DNA of 63,044 bases, the filler included, from Octopus bimaculoides (Eukaryota), in the NCBI RefSeq assembly GCF_001194135.2. It is 6 parts of 5 records of this genome, joined end to end, with 100 filler letters (N's around TTAATTAATTAA, not from the genome) between each part and the next. Parts side by side here need not be neighbours in the genome. Positions count along the whole stretch, not along the records: positions 30,607 to 57,726 come from NC_068990.1; 5 more parts are not named here. One strand, 5' to 3'. Numbering within the stretch: position 1 is the first letter of the stretch; the number at the start of each line of letters is the position of its first letter. The notes beneath the pieces were generated by a model, which had not been told where the DNA came from, did no database searches, and was given only the letters and a program-made list of their open reading frames with translations. Below, in pieces: positions 38,666-52,057 of this stretch. The translations under genes were made by a program, and so were the position numbers.

Positions 38666-39926
38666 GTAAACCATTTGTTTTCTTGACACTTCTTATATGA
38701 CAGATTGTTTGTTTGCTGTTATCATTAGTTAATCCTTGATCCTCTAAAAAAGATGTTTACTACTACTACCAAAAATAGTAGTCAGAGAGGTAATAGACAT
38801 AACTGATATGCTTTTAGGGCCTCATTTTTGCTCAGATGGGCAGATCTTCTCAAGCACAGCATATATTACCAGTTATCTTAGTCGCTGTGAGGTTCAGCAT
38901 CCAGGAGTCGTTTTTAATGCTTTTCTCCTACATATTCCTGCGTCTCCCTCTTCTACAGGTTACACACACACACGCATACATACATACATACATACATACA
39001 TACATACATACATGTACATGATCAGACTTCAAAGAAGCTGGTGTTGGTCTGCATTAGCAAGACTTCTATAATGTGGTAACCATCAATGAAAACAGTGAAC
39101 TTGCCTTGAGTGGAAAATCCAACATCTGAGACAGAGTCTTCCATTAGGGAAAATTTGTAAAGGAGAGAAATAAATGAGAGAGAGAGAGAGAGAGCAAGGT
39201 TTTACAACCTCTAAGTTTTTTAACTTAGAGAATGTAAAACTTTTCTGTCTCTCATTTCCTTCCTTTCAAATTTTCCCTGAAGAATGACTCTGTTGGATTT
39301 TCCACTCCTTATGGCAAGTTCACTGTAGTTTTTTATCGATTTTATACACACACACGTGTGTGTGTGTGTATATTATCTTTTACTTGTTTCAGTCATTTGA
39401 CTGCAGCTGTGCTGGGTCACCGCCTTGAAGAGTTTCTAGTTAAATGAATTGATCCCAGGATTTAGTTTGTAAAACCTGGTGCTTATTCTATTGTTCTCTT
39501 TTGCTGAACCACTTAGTTACGGGGACATAAACACACTAGCACAGGTTGTCAAGTAGTGGTGGGGGGCAAAGACATACACGCATACGCATTCATACATATA
39601 TACAAAGTGCTTCTTTCAGTTTCTGTCTATCAAATCTGCTCACAAGGATTTGGTTGGCCTGAGGCTATAAGAGGAGACACTTGCCCAAAGTGCCACGCAG
39701 TAAGGCTGAACCGTGAACCATGTGGTTGGGAAGCAGACTTCTTACAATACGGCCATGCCAAAGAATAAGATTCTTATATTCTTACGTTAATCCTATACAA
39801 TAGTGGAGTTCCTCATGTTTATCCAGCCTTGGAAGATATCTTGCTGTAGAGTGGTATGTGGTAGCCTATAACAATATAGGAGCTTTTAAATGCATGTTAT
39901 GAGGTTATTACCCAGATTATTATTGT

Positions 39927-40305
39927 GGAGGTGCAATGACCCAATGGTTAGGGCAGCGGACTTGTGGTCATAGGATCGCGGTTTCGATTCCCAGACCGGG
40001 CGTTTTGAGTGTTTATTGTGCGAAAACGCCTAAAGCTCCACGAGGCTCCAGCAGGGAATGGTGGCAAACCCTGCTGTACTCTTCCACCACAACTTTCTCT
40101 CACTCTTACTTCCTGTTTCTGTTATGCCTGTAATTCAAAGGGTCAGCTTTGTCACACTGTGTCACACTGAATATCCCCGGGAACTATGTTAAGGGTACAT
40201 GTGTCTGTGGAGTGCTCAGCCACTTGCATGTTAATTTCATGAGCAGGCTGTTCCATTGATCAGATCAACTGGAACCCTCAACGTCGTAAGCGACGGAGTG
40301 CCAAC
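39927..40305 (+). mobile_element. tRNA-derived SINE, family 2
   Basis: Head ggaggtgcaatgacccaatggttaggg...ggtttcgattccc (A/B boxes); homologous copy on the minus strand at 11432-11795 and a 3' fragment at ~870-1050. Confidence 0.8.
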
Positions 40306-40620
40306 AACCCAGGTTATACTATATATATGCACATACTCATACATACATCCATATACATACACATGCACATGTATGTATATATATGGTGGGCATCTTTCAG
40401 TTTCCATCCAATCAAAAGACTTTGGTCAGCTTGAGGTTAAAGTAGAAGACACTTGCCCAATGTGCCATGCAGTCGGACTGAACCTGAAACCTTATGATTA
40501 AGAAGCTAACTTCTTAACCACCCAGGTATGCCTGTGTCGATGTTTAGGAAATACAATTTAGATTGTTTTCTTTCATTTTTTATTTGTTTATTTTATTTTT
40601 TATTCTCTTATTCTCGTCAG

Positions 40621-40923
40621 CTTCGTAGGCTTGTTGAGATGTGTATCAACCCTAACCCGGAACAGCGTCCTGATATAAACTATGTATACAATAAAGCCAA
40701 AACAATGCATGCATACAGCTGTGAATCTCAACAACAGCAGCAACTACAGCAATTGCAAGAACAACAGCACCAGCAATTGCAAGAACAACAACAGCAGCAG
40801 CTGCAATTACAGCAACAGGCTCAGCTACAGCTATCACCTCACCAGTTTCTACAGCAGCAGCAACAACAACAACAAATGCAGCAATTAACACAACAGCACT
40901 TAATGCAACCTCAACAACAGTAA
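40621..40923 (+). CDS. NEK7: Terminal coding exon of NEK6/NEK7 with Gln-rich C-terminal extension
   Basis: Acceptor tattctcttattctcgtcag|CTT, phase 0 with the previous exon. LRRLVEMCINPNPEQRPDINYVYNKAKTMHAYSCES matches the kinase C-lobe end (human [31 protein letters not shown]), followed by a 64-aa Q-rich tail and TAA at 40921-40923. Confidence 0.92.
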   Translation, partial: LRRLVEMCINPNPEQRPDINYVYNKAKTMHAYSCESQQQQQLQQLQEQQHQQLQEQQQQQLQLQQQAQLQLSPHQFLQQQQQQQQMQQLTQQHLMQPQQQ

Positions 40924-41209
40924 CTACAGCAGCAGTAATCAAGCTCAACTATCCATTGTAGAATATCCAGCAGCTTGTTTGTTGATGTTGTTGGATGATG
41001 GTCATGATTGTAGACCATTCTCCCAGCATGTGATATCTCCAATAATAATAATAACTGGAGATCTCACTAACTAACATTCCATCTACCACTGATGAGACAT
41101 CATTTGGCTATTTGACCTTCTTGAATTACCATCTTATCTTTTGTTGCATGTATATTTAGTTTATGAAAACTTTTTTCCTCTTATGTCTTTATAATGTCTC
41201 TAGTGCTTT

Positions 41210-42350
41210 TTTTACATTCTGAGTTCAAATCCCCTTCTGAGTCAGCTTTGTCTTTCATCATTCCAGGGTCAATTAAGTACACCAGTTAAATACTAGAGAC
41301 AGTTTACCCCTTTACCATTTAATCAAATGTAGTGCTTTTTTATTCACATTAGTTTGAATTAATCATGTATTATCTTGTAACTTCAAGATTTTGATGATGT
41401 TATTTTTTTAATTTTTAGAATGACATTTGCAAGGTAGGAGTGAGTGGCTGATCTGGCCAGTTTGGACATAAAACAGGCAGAATATTTGAGCCAGATATGG
41501 CCAGTTTAAATGCTAATGAGTTAATCAACTGCACCATACCCACCACCACTATCCAAATTTCTGGCCTAGAAAGTGAACTGGCAGAATTGTTAGTCTTGTA
41601 CAAAGTGCCTTATGGTATTTCTTCTGACTCATATTTTGAGTGCAAATACCACCGAGGTCAATTTTGTGGTTGACAAACTAAAGTACCAGTCGAGTATTAG
41701 GATCTATATAATTGACTAACACCTTCACCACCTACATTTCAGGCCTTTTATCTCAACTCCTTTTACATTCTAAGTTCAAATCCCATTTAGGTCAACTTTA
41801 CCTTTCATCCATTTGCAGTTGGTTGAAATAATGTACCAGCCAAGTATTGGGGTTGATGTAATCAACTAATTCCCTTTCACAGGCCTTGTATTATTACCTT
41901 CTTCATTATTATCATTATTAAGGCAGCAAGTTGACAGAATCATTTGTGCATCAGACAAAAGGCTTTCTAGCATTTCTTCTGGCTTTATGACTTGAATTCA
42001 AATTCCACTGAGGTTGATTTTGCATTTCATTGTTTCAGGGTCAATAGAATAAGCACCTGTCTATAACTGGGGTTAATGTAATTGACTGCCCTCTATCCAC
42101 CAAAATTTCATGCTTTGTTTCTATATTAGAAAGGATTATTCTTAAGATGACTAGCTGGCAGAATCATCAGACAAAATGCTTAGTGGCATTTCTTCCAGCT
42201 GTTTACCTTATAATTTCAAATTCTACCAGCTTTGCCTTTCATCCTTTGAGGATTGATAAAATAATGTACCTGTTGAGCACTGGGGTCTCTGTAATCACCT
42301 ATCCTCTCTATTCAAAACTGTTGGTCGTATACCAAAATTCGAAACCATTC
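41210..42350 (+). mobile_element. Cluster of about five co-oriented decayed SINE family 4 copies downstream of the NEK stop codon
   Basis: Repeated ttct(g/a)agttcaaat..c..aggt(c/t)aa(c/t)ttt..ctttcat..ataa..gtacc motif at ~41218, 41635, 41768, 41995 and 42215. Confidence 0.7.
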
Positions 42351-42938
42351 TTGTTATAAAGGTGGTGGAGGGAATGGCAAGTCAGTGGATTGTGGTATAA
42401 AATGCCTTATAATATCTACTTATGTCCCTTTACATTCAGGTTTCAATTTTCACCTCAGTAAAATTTATTTTCCTTTCATCCTAAGAAAAAAAGTATTAGT
42501 CATGCACTGAGGTAGATCCTGTACTGTTCCTTCCTGCAAAATGTGTGGCTTTTTGCCTATTTTAGAAACTTTTTTTTTTTAGTATCGGATGGACAAAAGT
42601 AGTAGTTGTTGGTATTTAGTTATATCTTGAATTCAGATTCTTCTAAGGTTAACTGATCTTTCCTTGTCTTTATAGTTGATAATTTAGATACTTGTTATGT
42701 ACTGGGATCACTTCATTCAATTAGTTTCTCTCTTTGCAGACTTGCTACTTTTTGACTGCATCACCTCTCAAAAAAAAAAAAAAAAAAAAAAAAAAATGGG
42801 GCTCCATTCCAGTTGATAAACTTTTTTACATCAATGCATCTAAAACCTGCTAAACTATGCCTTCTTTCACATACCACAACTACACTCACCAACAAAACTA
42901 CAGCCCCCACATTTTCACTTTTCAACTGTATCTTCTTT

Positions 42939-43074
42939 ACATTATTTACATTATTTACATTTGATGGATATTCGTCCTCATCTTGTTTGTTGTTAACACA
43001 ACGTTTCGGCTGATATACCCTCAGCTGATATATAATGTAAATAATGTAAATAATTCCTCATCTCTTAAATATAG
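42939..43074. mobile_element. Short rearranged insertion of the same element flanked by 15-bp direct repeats
   Basis: aactgtatcttcttt at 42924-38 and 43075-89; internal 21-bp perfect inverted repeat (42941-61 / 43034-54); 42939-43022 aligns to 10048-10128. Confidence 0.65.
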
Positions 43075-43163
43075 AACTGTATCTTCTTTCTCTTCTACTA
43101 TTCCACTGCTGTTACAATAGCTTCTGTACCTCTGCATTTAATGAATATGTACTATCTGCTTGA

Positions 43164-43379
43164 CCCTTTAGCATTCAAACCAGCGATATCTAGGGTCCAA
43201 ATATTCTACTTGTTTTACTGTTCAAATTAGCCAGATCTGGCCTCCTTACCCTACAATATCATTCTAAAAATAATCAATCACATCATGGAAATCTCAAAGC
43301 TACAAGATAAAGCATGATTAATTCAAAACAATGTGAATAAATAAGCATTACATTTGACAGTAATCTGAATGCTGAAGGG
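43164..43379. mobile_element. piggyBac-type MITE
   Basis: TIRs CCCTTTAGCATTCA / TGAATGCTGAAGGG, flanked by TTGA and TTAA; related copies at ~41305-41523 and ~46270-46480. Confidence 0.7.
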
Positions 43380-44129
43380 TTAAAGCCATTCATCCTACTC
43401 ACCTTCACTTCCCACACACTTCTCTGTTTCACCCTCCCTAAATTCTTCTGCATGCTCTCTCTTTTTCTATCATTTTTTTTTTCATCTTTTTTTAGCATTC
43501 GAGAAATTTTCCAACTGAACATTAACCATATTTGAGTGACTCCTAACATCCTGTTGAATATGTCTACACCAAAAGCCCAGTATTAAAATGATTTTATTAC
43601 AAAAGAGCAATGAATGAGAGAAGGGATTAGTTGTTTCTCCACTTTCATTAGAAAATTCCATGCTTCTTCAAAATGAATGTAAACAAGATTAATATAATTT
43701 GAGATGCCATGCATTTCAGGTCTGGTTGGCTGATGCAGTACTATGTTGTACAAGGAGTTAAGAGTTAATACTGCTAATTATTAACATGCTAAAGTTTTTT
43801 CTTCCCTCTGACCCCGTATCTTGCACTTATATTCTTTTCTCCCTCCTCCAGCAAGCCAGCCATTAACATTATTATTAAATATATTTGATTAACACTGCCA
43901 GTTATTGATATTAATACCACCTTCTTGGCTATAGTTGATCTCTCTTCACTCAGTGCTGATGGTATTGACTCTTTATTTTATCAACTATTGTAGGATGAAA
44001 GACAAAATGTGCTTTAGCAGGATTTGTAGTTTGACATGAACTTTTATTTTTCCTGAAAAATAATGTCTCCCATATTCAATTCTGTATGTCTCATGTAATT
44101 TAGTTCAAGTGCAATGCAAAAATTTAAGT

Positions 44130-45290
44130 GGTTACACAATAATGAAAGCAAACCCAGTTCAACATGGTGGGTCTTTATATCTCTAAATCCCTTCTCTTGA
44201 AAGGCCAAGATTTTGGGGAGACAATTCACCACATTTAGCAATTTAAATACCAGGATGATGATAAACATTAAGTAATCATTGTCATACCATGACAATTCCT
44301 ACTGAGGATAGCTCTTTGTTCACTTCTATGGAAGAGCTTTGATGGAGCAGATATTGCCAATAGTCGTGACTGTTCTTTCTTGACACCTTCAAAATGCACA
44401 TCACTCCCCATAGTTTCAACTTGTACAGAGATGATAGCTTAACAATCTCATACAAAATGAATGGCTTTTCCATAGATGGCTTCTACTATAACGATAGTTA
44501 ATTTTTAGGTCAGAATACATAGAGAACAACACCCTTCCAACACACCAAAGAAGAACTAGCAAGAAGGTAACTTAGTTTAATCCACCATTCAACTTAAATG
44601 TTACTAGCAGTGTAAGCAAGAACCTTCTAGCTCAGGTGAAATTTCCTTCTAAGTTAAATACAACAAACTTTTCAACATCCATAATGTTATGCTCAGCTAT
44701 TTCTGCTTAGATATTATTTGCCACTACAACTGAAAATATACACTTACATTGTGCCACCACCCTCCAATCTAAACAGCCAACTTGTAACTCCTGAAATCCC
44801 TCTCTCTGCTTCCCAGAACTCTTTTCTTTAAAAGTGATGATGTATCAAGCTTCTGTAACACTTTTTAGACAGTATAGAAAGAAATTACATAGGAGTCATT
44901 GTGAAACTCTCAAGAGCTGTTATCTCCAGCATCTACACTTATTCAGGGAAAAATTCACAGCTTTGTCCAAATTTATCTGGAAACTCAATGTCCAAAGACT
45001 GGAATGCCCTCCAGTAACAAGAAGCACCATTGATAAAGCCACCTGCAAAACTGTAAGCTTTGCCTGACAGAAAAATTTACAGGTATCAAAACAGCCAATG
45101 ATATCACTTAACTGAAGTTCAGAAGTATTATTTAAATACTTTGGAGGAAATTTCTTCCGAGCAGTTTTCATGTGCCTAAAAATCCAAGACCTTCATATAA
45201 ACAAATGTCATGGTCTTGTTGCTCCCTGATGACTACCGATCAAAACTATGTGGTTTCGCTTACACTATAGCAATCCAGCCAGCAATATTT
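44130..45290 (+). mobile_element. Highly degenerate Penelope-like element (RT plus GIY-YIG remnants)
   Basis: Broken frames give KSFDGADI, LYRDDSL, (W)FNPPFNLNV, NYIG and LSKFIWKL, motifs of PLE RT and GIY-YIG endonuclease; ccctgatga near the 3' end (~45225). Confidence 0.65.
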
Positions 45291-46015
45291 CTTACCTATC
45301 ACATATTTGTTCACATGACCAATTGCACCTGTACCTTTCATATATAAAATTTCAAGTACCACTGGAGTGAATCAACTAATTTCATCTAGGTACACTCACA
45401 CACACATACATGGGCACAGATTTTACACTTCCTATTACTTTTTTTTCCTCTGTACATCACTAAATAGGAAATATAAACTAACATGTGAACTCAACAGATT
45501 AAAAGAAACTTTCCCCGAGGTAAGTAAGTGTGAGAAATTTTGACATTGCTGCCTAACGCCCACACACTTTTACTATTATTATAGCCTAATTATGAAACCC
45601 ATGACAAGCTGTTCATACAAACTACCAGTGTTTGAAGGTAGCCTTGCTTTACAGTATTTACTATCACTTCCACTATGTCCTAAATATTTAAATCCTTAAA
45701 GGCTGAACAGTGCTTTTAATTCATTTTTCTATTCCAAGTATAAATATCTGTAAAATCATCATATTTCTCACTTTCCCCAATCTTATAAAAACTGGCTTTT
45801 TGGTAAGGAATGGCCACAACTCAATGTTAATTTTTGATAGAAAAGATGTATGTGTATGCGTGCACGTTCACACATGCAAAAGTACAAATTTTATATGAAA
45901 GTATCAAGAAAATGCTTATAGATATATATTTTTAAATTGTATGAGCAACAGCTGTCTCATGTTCATGTTTTACATTTCATTTCTGGCATCCATGAAAATA
46001 TACCAAACATCATAA

Positions 46016-46217
46016 CCCTTTTGATACCAACCAGCCTGAGACTACCCCTGGTTCTATGTTACATATTTTCTGTTTTAAACTGATCTAAATTAAAACCTTC
46101 CATTAAAATTTTATGTTCCAAACACCATATGACTGTTATTTTACTAAATTCTTCATTATTTTCAAATTGACAGAATTGAAGGCAGTAAATTTTCATAGAA
46201 ATATGGTAATAAAAGGG
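46016..46217. mobile_element. piggyBac-type MITE (second family)
   Basis: TIRs CCCTTTTGATACCA / TGGTAATAAAAGGG, flanked by ATAA and TTAA. Confidence 0.65.
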
Positions 46218-49200
46218 TTAAACCTATACAAGGAAGTTATACAAAGAACTGTCCTCATGAAATTGCATTGTTATTTAAACCAGCCATATCCAGCCCAAAA
46301 GTTTTACCTGTTTTATGTCAAACTAGCCAGATTCAGCTTCTGGTAACTACCATATAATGTCATTTTAAAAATAAACAATCACATCAAAATCTCAAAGCTA
46401 CAAGACAATGCATGATTAATTTAAAACTGTGTGAATAAATAAGCATTATGTTTCAGAGAAAGCTGAATGTTATAAGATTAAGTAATATATATTGATGTTG
46501 AATGCTGTCAGCATGATGTAACCAGTTATATTAACTTTATATTTCTTTCTTAAATGTTTTTACCAAATATGTGTGGCTTTATCATTCTTGTTGACTCAAT
46601 ATTTATTACAATTGATATATACTGAATTTTTTTCCTTTTACCTTTGTAGCTGTTGTTATACTATTTAATGTACTACCAACCAATAAGAGTGGTAGTATTG
46701 TTATATTTGAATCCGTCCAGTCTGCTTGCCAGAAGAAAAATTATGGAAAAAAAAATTATATTTTGTAATTTTCAATACTTTTTATGGACTTCTAGTCTGT
46801 ATCTTCTGAATATTAAACTTTTTCTACCTTTCTTTGAAAATAAGGAAGAAGACAAACAAAAAAATAATGGCTGTGAGAAAAAAATTGTCCACTTGTTGTA
46901 TGCACTTGTTACTTCTGCAAATGAACTTAACAGTATATTAACTCTAATTTTAAATTCTATATTTGTTGTTGTTTAGCCCCAGGCCTGTCTTTATCCATGG
47001 TGGACCTATGATCAAAAGTATTCCAGTTTTCTTTTTTTTCTTTCCAGGATTGCATTAAACATGTTCTTAATGCTTTTAAAATGAAGTGTGATTGGTTCTT
47101 GTTGCAATCAAGGAGAGATGATATATAAAAAAATAATCTACCAGTAATTCATTGGGATTGATTCCCTTGACAATATCTCTTCTTTTATATAAAAACTTTG
47201 GCTGTCTATTGAAAAGGTTGCAAGATGCAACGAAAATTTTAGGAAAATAAAAATAAATAAGTGGAAATTTTACCGGTGAGTGTGTTAAATTATAAGGCAC
47301 AAAAAGAAAATGACTCTCCCCAGACACAATAGAACTTTGGCTGTGTTTTATACATTATCGAAAGAAATCTATGCTACTTATGTTATTAACTGTTTCTAGG
47401 ACATTAAGTTTATAGAAATGCTTTTCTCAGATGAAACTTTACACTATCCCTCTACATTTTGTGTTCAATACCACCAGAGTCAAGTATCTTTTTCACTCAA
47501 TCGATTTGAATTTTTAAAAAAATTGTATTATACTTTTAATTTGGTTGAGTTTAATAAGTATGATGATGATGTGACTCGCAAATTGTTGGGTTACATGGGC
47601 ACCACTAAAGACCTGATTTCATGTAGAATATCTAGGGTAAATAAACTTGAAGCTCTTCCCCATCATCCGTCTCTGAGCTATACCACAAGGAAGTGAGCCA
47701 ATGAGGGCTTCCTAAGTGGCGGTGACCAAATCTTCAAATATTTGTAGTGTGTTAAATAAGGAGAGGACACAGTAAATAGCAAAGCAGTCCTAGATATCAC
47801 CGAAAAAGACAAGATGATCTAAACTGGAATACCTTTGATCACAGGTCTTTTGATCGGGATGGAGAGGGTTCTATAAACAACAATGACTAAGCCACAATAA
47901 GCTGAACTCAACTCTTGGGGTTATTCATCAGTTTTATAGCCACTGTTGCCTTGAAGTAAGAGAGTTGCTGTCAGCCTATGGTGCCTGTTTACAGTTTGGT
48001 GATAAATTAAGCCACTTGGGAGGAGTTAAATGTTTTGACCACTAATACAATACAGTATCATTTGCAGAATATGAATGGCTCAATTGGCTGGCTTTTCAGT
48101 TACCCTATCACTCCAGCTATTTGTACTCCACATGTGATTATACTGACATCCTAAAAGCATTGACTCTCTTATGCTCCCTTTTCCTCCTCTCACCTTGCCT
48201 CCCATGATTCTCCTCCTCTTTATTCATTTAACTCATCTTCACATCTTAAATTCCTCCATATTTTCCTGCTGCATCTGGTTCTTCAGAAATTTTTTTATAA
48301 TTGATGCCTCTGTATTTTTATCCTAAAAAGGAGCAGAAAATGACAAATAGTTGTCTTAGACTTAAAAAGTTTTACAGTGTACAAGTTTCTCTCCTCTATG
48401 TTCTGAGTTCAAATCCTTCAGTGGTAGGGTGGAGCCTATAAAATGATTGCCTGTAATATCTGTCTGGAAATGTCAAGTCAAATCTAACTTCTGGTTGTGT
48501 TATAGATTGTATAAAAATAAACAAAGCTTTTACAACAAACGAATGCCTTTTTCTGGAGTTTTATAAAATTGGTCCTTCTCTTGACTACTTGACAACCAAG
48601 ATTGACGAATACAGATTACCATGTTTTTTTTTTTCTTTTTTTTTTTGTCACCCTTTAGCTTCTGAGAATCAATTTCAAGTGCCTATACTTATGTTTATTA
48701 AGACACAGTTCAAGAACTGGCTGTCAGAGCATAGAACAAAATGATTTGTAATATTCATTCTGGCTTTGTGTGCCCTGACTTCAAATCTCACTTCATACCT
48801 TCAGCAGAATGAATAAAATAAAAATACCAGTCCAAAGTAGTGGAAATGTGAGAGCATTGGGTGATATGTTTTGTGGTATTTGTTCCAGCTCTTTGCATTC
48901 TGAGTTCTTGGATGACAGGCAAGATCCACAGTCTTGTTTAGTACAATGACCTAGTTTTTTAGTGCCTTTAACAGAGTTCCCTCTATTGCAAATATTCAAG
49001 TATTCAGGTCAGGTCTCCAGTTTGAGGATGACTTCTTTCCTTCCTTTCTACCAATCTCAGAGGTTCTTAAAAATCAATGGTACTGTCCTCCCCTTACTGA
49101 TTAATAAATAAAAAAATAATGGTATGTAACACCATGTCTCATAGTTTCAAGTGAAACCTGAATTTATTAAACAGGAGGAATTAAATAAACTCAGTTAATG

Positions 49201-49937
49201 ACTCACTTGTCAAATCAACAGCTCCGCAGCTGCTACTCAGCATAACAGGCTGATCTTCCCCTTGGTTACCTATTGAGAGCCAGTGGAACTGGCTCTAAAT
49301 TTGAGGGTTAATTGTTTTGGTCATGGACATTGTGGAGTGCCAAAGATCATTCACACAATGCTGACATTTCAGCTAGTTTTTCTACTCAGCACTCTCTGTC
49401 AATAATACACAAGTCATTTCAATAATCCGAACCTTTGCAACAAAAAGTAAATTTAAGTGCCAGGTGAAGCTCTTTTCACGACATTTACCCTACTGATATT
49501 CTTAAGAAAAGTTAGGAATTGTTCAGTGTCCTGTATCTCTCTACCCCACCTTCAAAAAATACAGAGACTTTGTACCTAGTCAAAAATCTATGAAATAATG
49601 TATCTCTTTCAGATTTATTGAAAATTATCGTAATGGAAGTTTTTTTCTTTTGTAACCATCCTCTTGCTTATTTTGATGTTTTTTAATAATTTTGTTTTGT
49701 TGCATAAATGATAGCAAAACTAATTTAAATAAAACAATGATTTTCAAAATAATGCTTTTCATAGTGTTCTTCATTTTATTTATATATATATTTCTTTTTT
49801 TCCTCAAGAAATCAATAATTTAATATACCTTGTGTATAAGTTGACCCTCGTCCTTATGTATAGGTCAAAGCCTTATTCTTTTGCCAGACAATTAGTCCAC
49901 CAGAACCCAATCTGTACACAAGAATGTATAATGTATG

Positions 49938-50829
49938 TAGGGGTGTCCAAAAAAATGTGTGACACACTTTAACATGATAAGTCACTTAATTTTAATTTGG
50001 GGGTGGGATTTAACTCAGTAGAAATACTGAAGGATACAAGACTAGGCTTTGAACAAAAACTTCTCTTAAAGTGCTAGTGAAAGTTTGAAAGTGCAAAGTT
50101 CAAAGACAATTTAGAAAGGAGTTTCAAGCAGATTCCTCTATGTGACTTACCGTCACATGAATTTCAGTTTGAAGCAGATGGAACTATTCAGAATAGCCAT
50201 AAGAAATGTTTCAGAAGACTGTAGATACTGAGCCCCACAATGCAAGGAAGGGTACTAAAAACATATTTCCAGAGTTCAAGAAAATCTGTGTGTCGTATAA
50301 ATCACATAGGAATTAAAAATGAGCTAGGAATTTCAAAATCAAGTATCTACATTTTGAAGCATTGTCATTGGAAATGTTACATTTCAAGAATAGTCCATGC
50401 TCTAATTTACATTGAGAACAGAGTTTTGTGAGTGGTACTTGACAAAATCTGTAGATGTACACTTTTCAACAAACACTGGTTGCACCAACTGGAGATCTGA
50501 AAATATGCATATTTTGGAGGAATATCATGGGGTTACTTAAAAGATTAAAAGTTTATGGTACAAAATTGGCAAGTGTTGACAAATTGAGGGCAGCCACTGA
50601 GCAAGAGTGTACACAAAATACCAAACGAAATGTTTCTTTATGTTTGTGATTCCATTGTTTCTTGTTATCAGCAGTGCCTGGACCAGAATGGTCATCAGTT
50701 TGAACACAGGCATTCAGAACAAAATTAAATTCTGTCAGTAGATTTTAATAAATGTCAAAATGAAATGTACTTTAATAAATACTGACTTTATAATTATTCA
50801 AAGTGTGTATACATTTTGGGGACACCCTG
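49938..50829 (+). mobile_element. Internally deleted Tc1/mariner-superfamily transposon with ~30-bp TIRs
   Basis: Left TAGGGGTGTCCAAAAAAATGTGTGACACACTTT versus right reverse complement CAGGGTGTCCCCAAAATGTATACACACTTT; remnants ELGISKSS..ILK and KVYGTK.ASVDKLRAA...QQCLDQNGHQFEH. Confidence 0.8.
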
Positions 50830-51984
50830 TGTATATAAATATATATACATATGTATGAAACTCTGTTTATGTGTATGTGTGTGTTTGTATGTATGTTAAT
50901 GTGTATGAATAATAATATATATTCAGTTCAGTAACACACAGGAATAAATAATTTCAGTAATAATGCAATTAATAAATAACAAAATGTAATTAGATATTAC
51001 GAGTAAGTTTTCAATGTCTTATATATATATATAATAAGCATAATATGTTTTAATGTCAAAAGTAATTGCCAGATGTGAGACAAAGTTTACTGTGATGTTG
51101 AGTTATGTAGAAGCAATAATCATTGCCTCTAGCTAAGATTTATGTCTTCTTGTCTCTAAGAAGGCTGGGTAACACAACATGCTTTCATTCAAAATGGCTC
51201 TTAAACAAGTTTACCTTGTTTTTTTTTTTAATTCTTTTCTTTTTTTTTAGTTAATTCTATTGTTTTTCTCTTTCTATTTTATTTTTACTGTTTTGTATCT
51301 ATTTTTCTTATGCTGGCATTTGTAAATGGCTAGTCCTTTTGTTGCTGTTTTGTTGTTTATACCCAATTCACCTCTTATCTAACAAACACATGATCAAAGG
51401 GCTTGCCAGCTGCAATGATATTATCTTCATTTTCTTCTTTTTAAATACTGTATACCCCAGAATTATATCTTCCAATGCACCCTCCATTTCTTTTTCTTTT
51501 TTTTTAAAGAGAGCAAGGTGTTAATTGAGGGAGATTTGGGTGCTATGTCTAACAGTCAAGTGACCATGGAATGATCTCTCTAAACTTTTTTAGCTTTTGA
51601 TTTGTATAAGGGATGAATTAACAGTCATTAAAATATTATCTAGAATGCCTTCGAGATCTTTGTATCCTGAGTTCAAATACTGTTAAGGCTAACTTGGATT
51701 TTTTTTATCTTAGGAGATGAATAAAGTACTAGTCAAAGATGAGAGATTGACAAAGTTGTTAGAATATTAGAAGGGAGGCATTGTAGTATCTATTTTGGGT
51801 GTTTGCTTTCTAAGTTCAAATCTCACTGATGACCTGTGTACAAAGGGGCCCCAATGCATTGTTTTGCCTAAAGGCCTATATTGTTGTTAAGATGACCCAG
51901 GAAGAAGGTTGTGGCTATTTGTCAATAACAGTCAAACAAGAATGATTGAGCTGTATTTTATTTTATTTACAACATGATACCATT

Positions 51985-52057
<73 letters not shown>

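Noticed and set aside
39927-40000. tRNA gene
   Set aside because: The A/B boxes continue into a repeated SINE body and there is no complete cloverleaf; the same applies to the other tRNA-like heads.
40528-40620. N-terminal part of ORF 40528-40923
   Set aside because: It is the intronic polypyrimidine tract; true coding starts at the acceptor at 40621.
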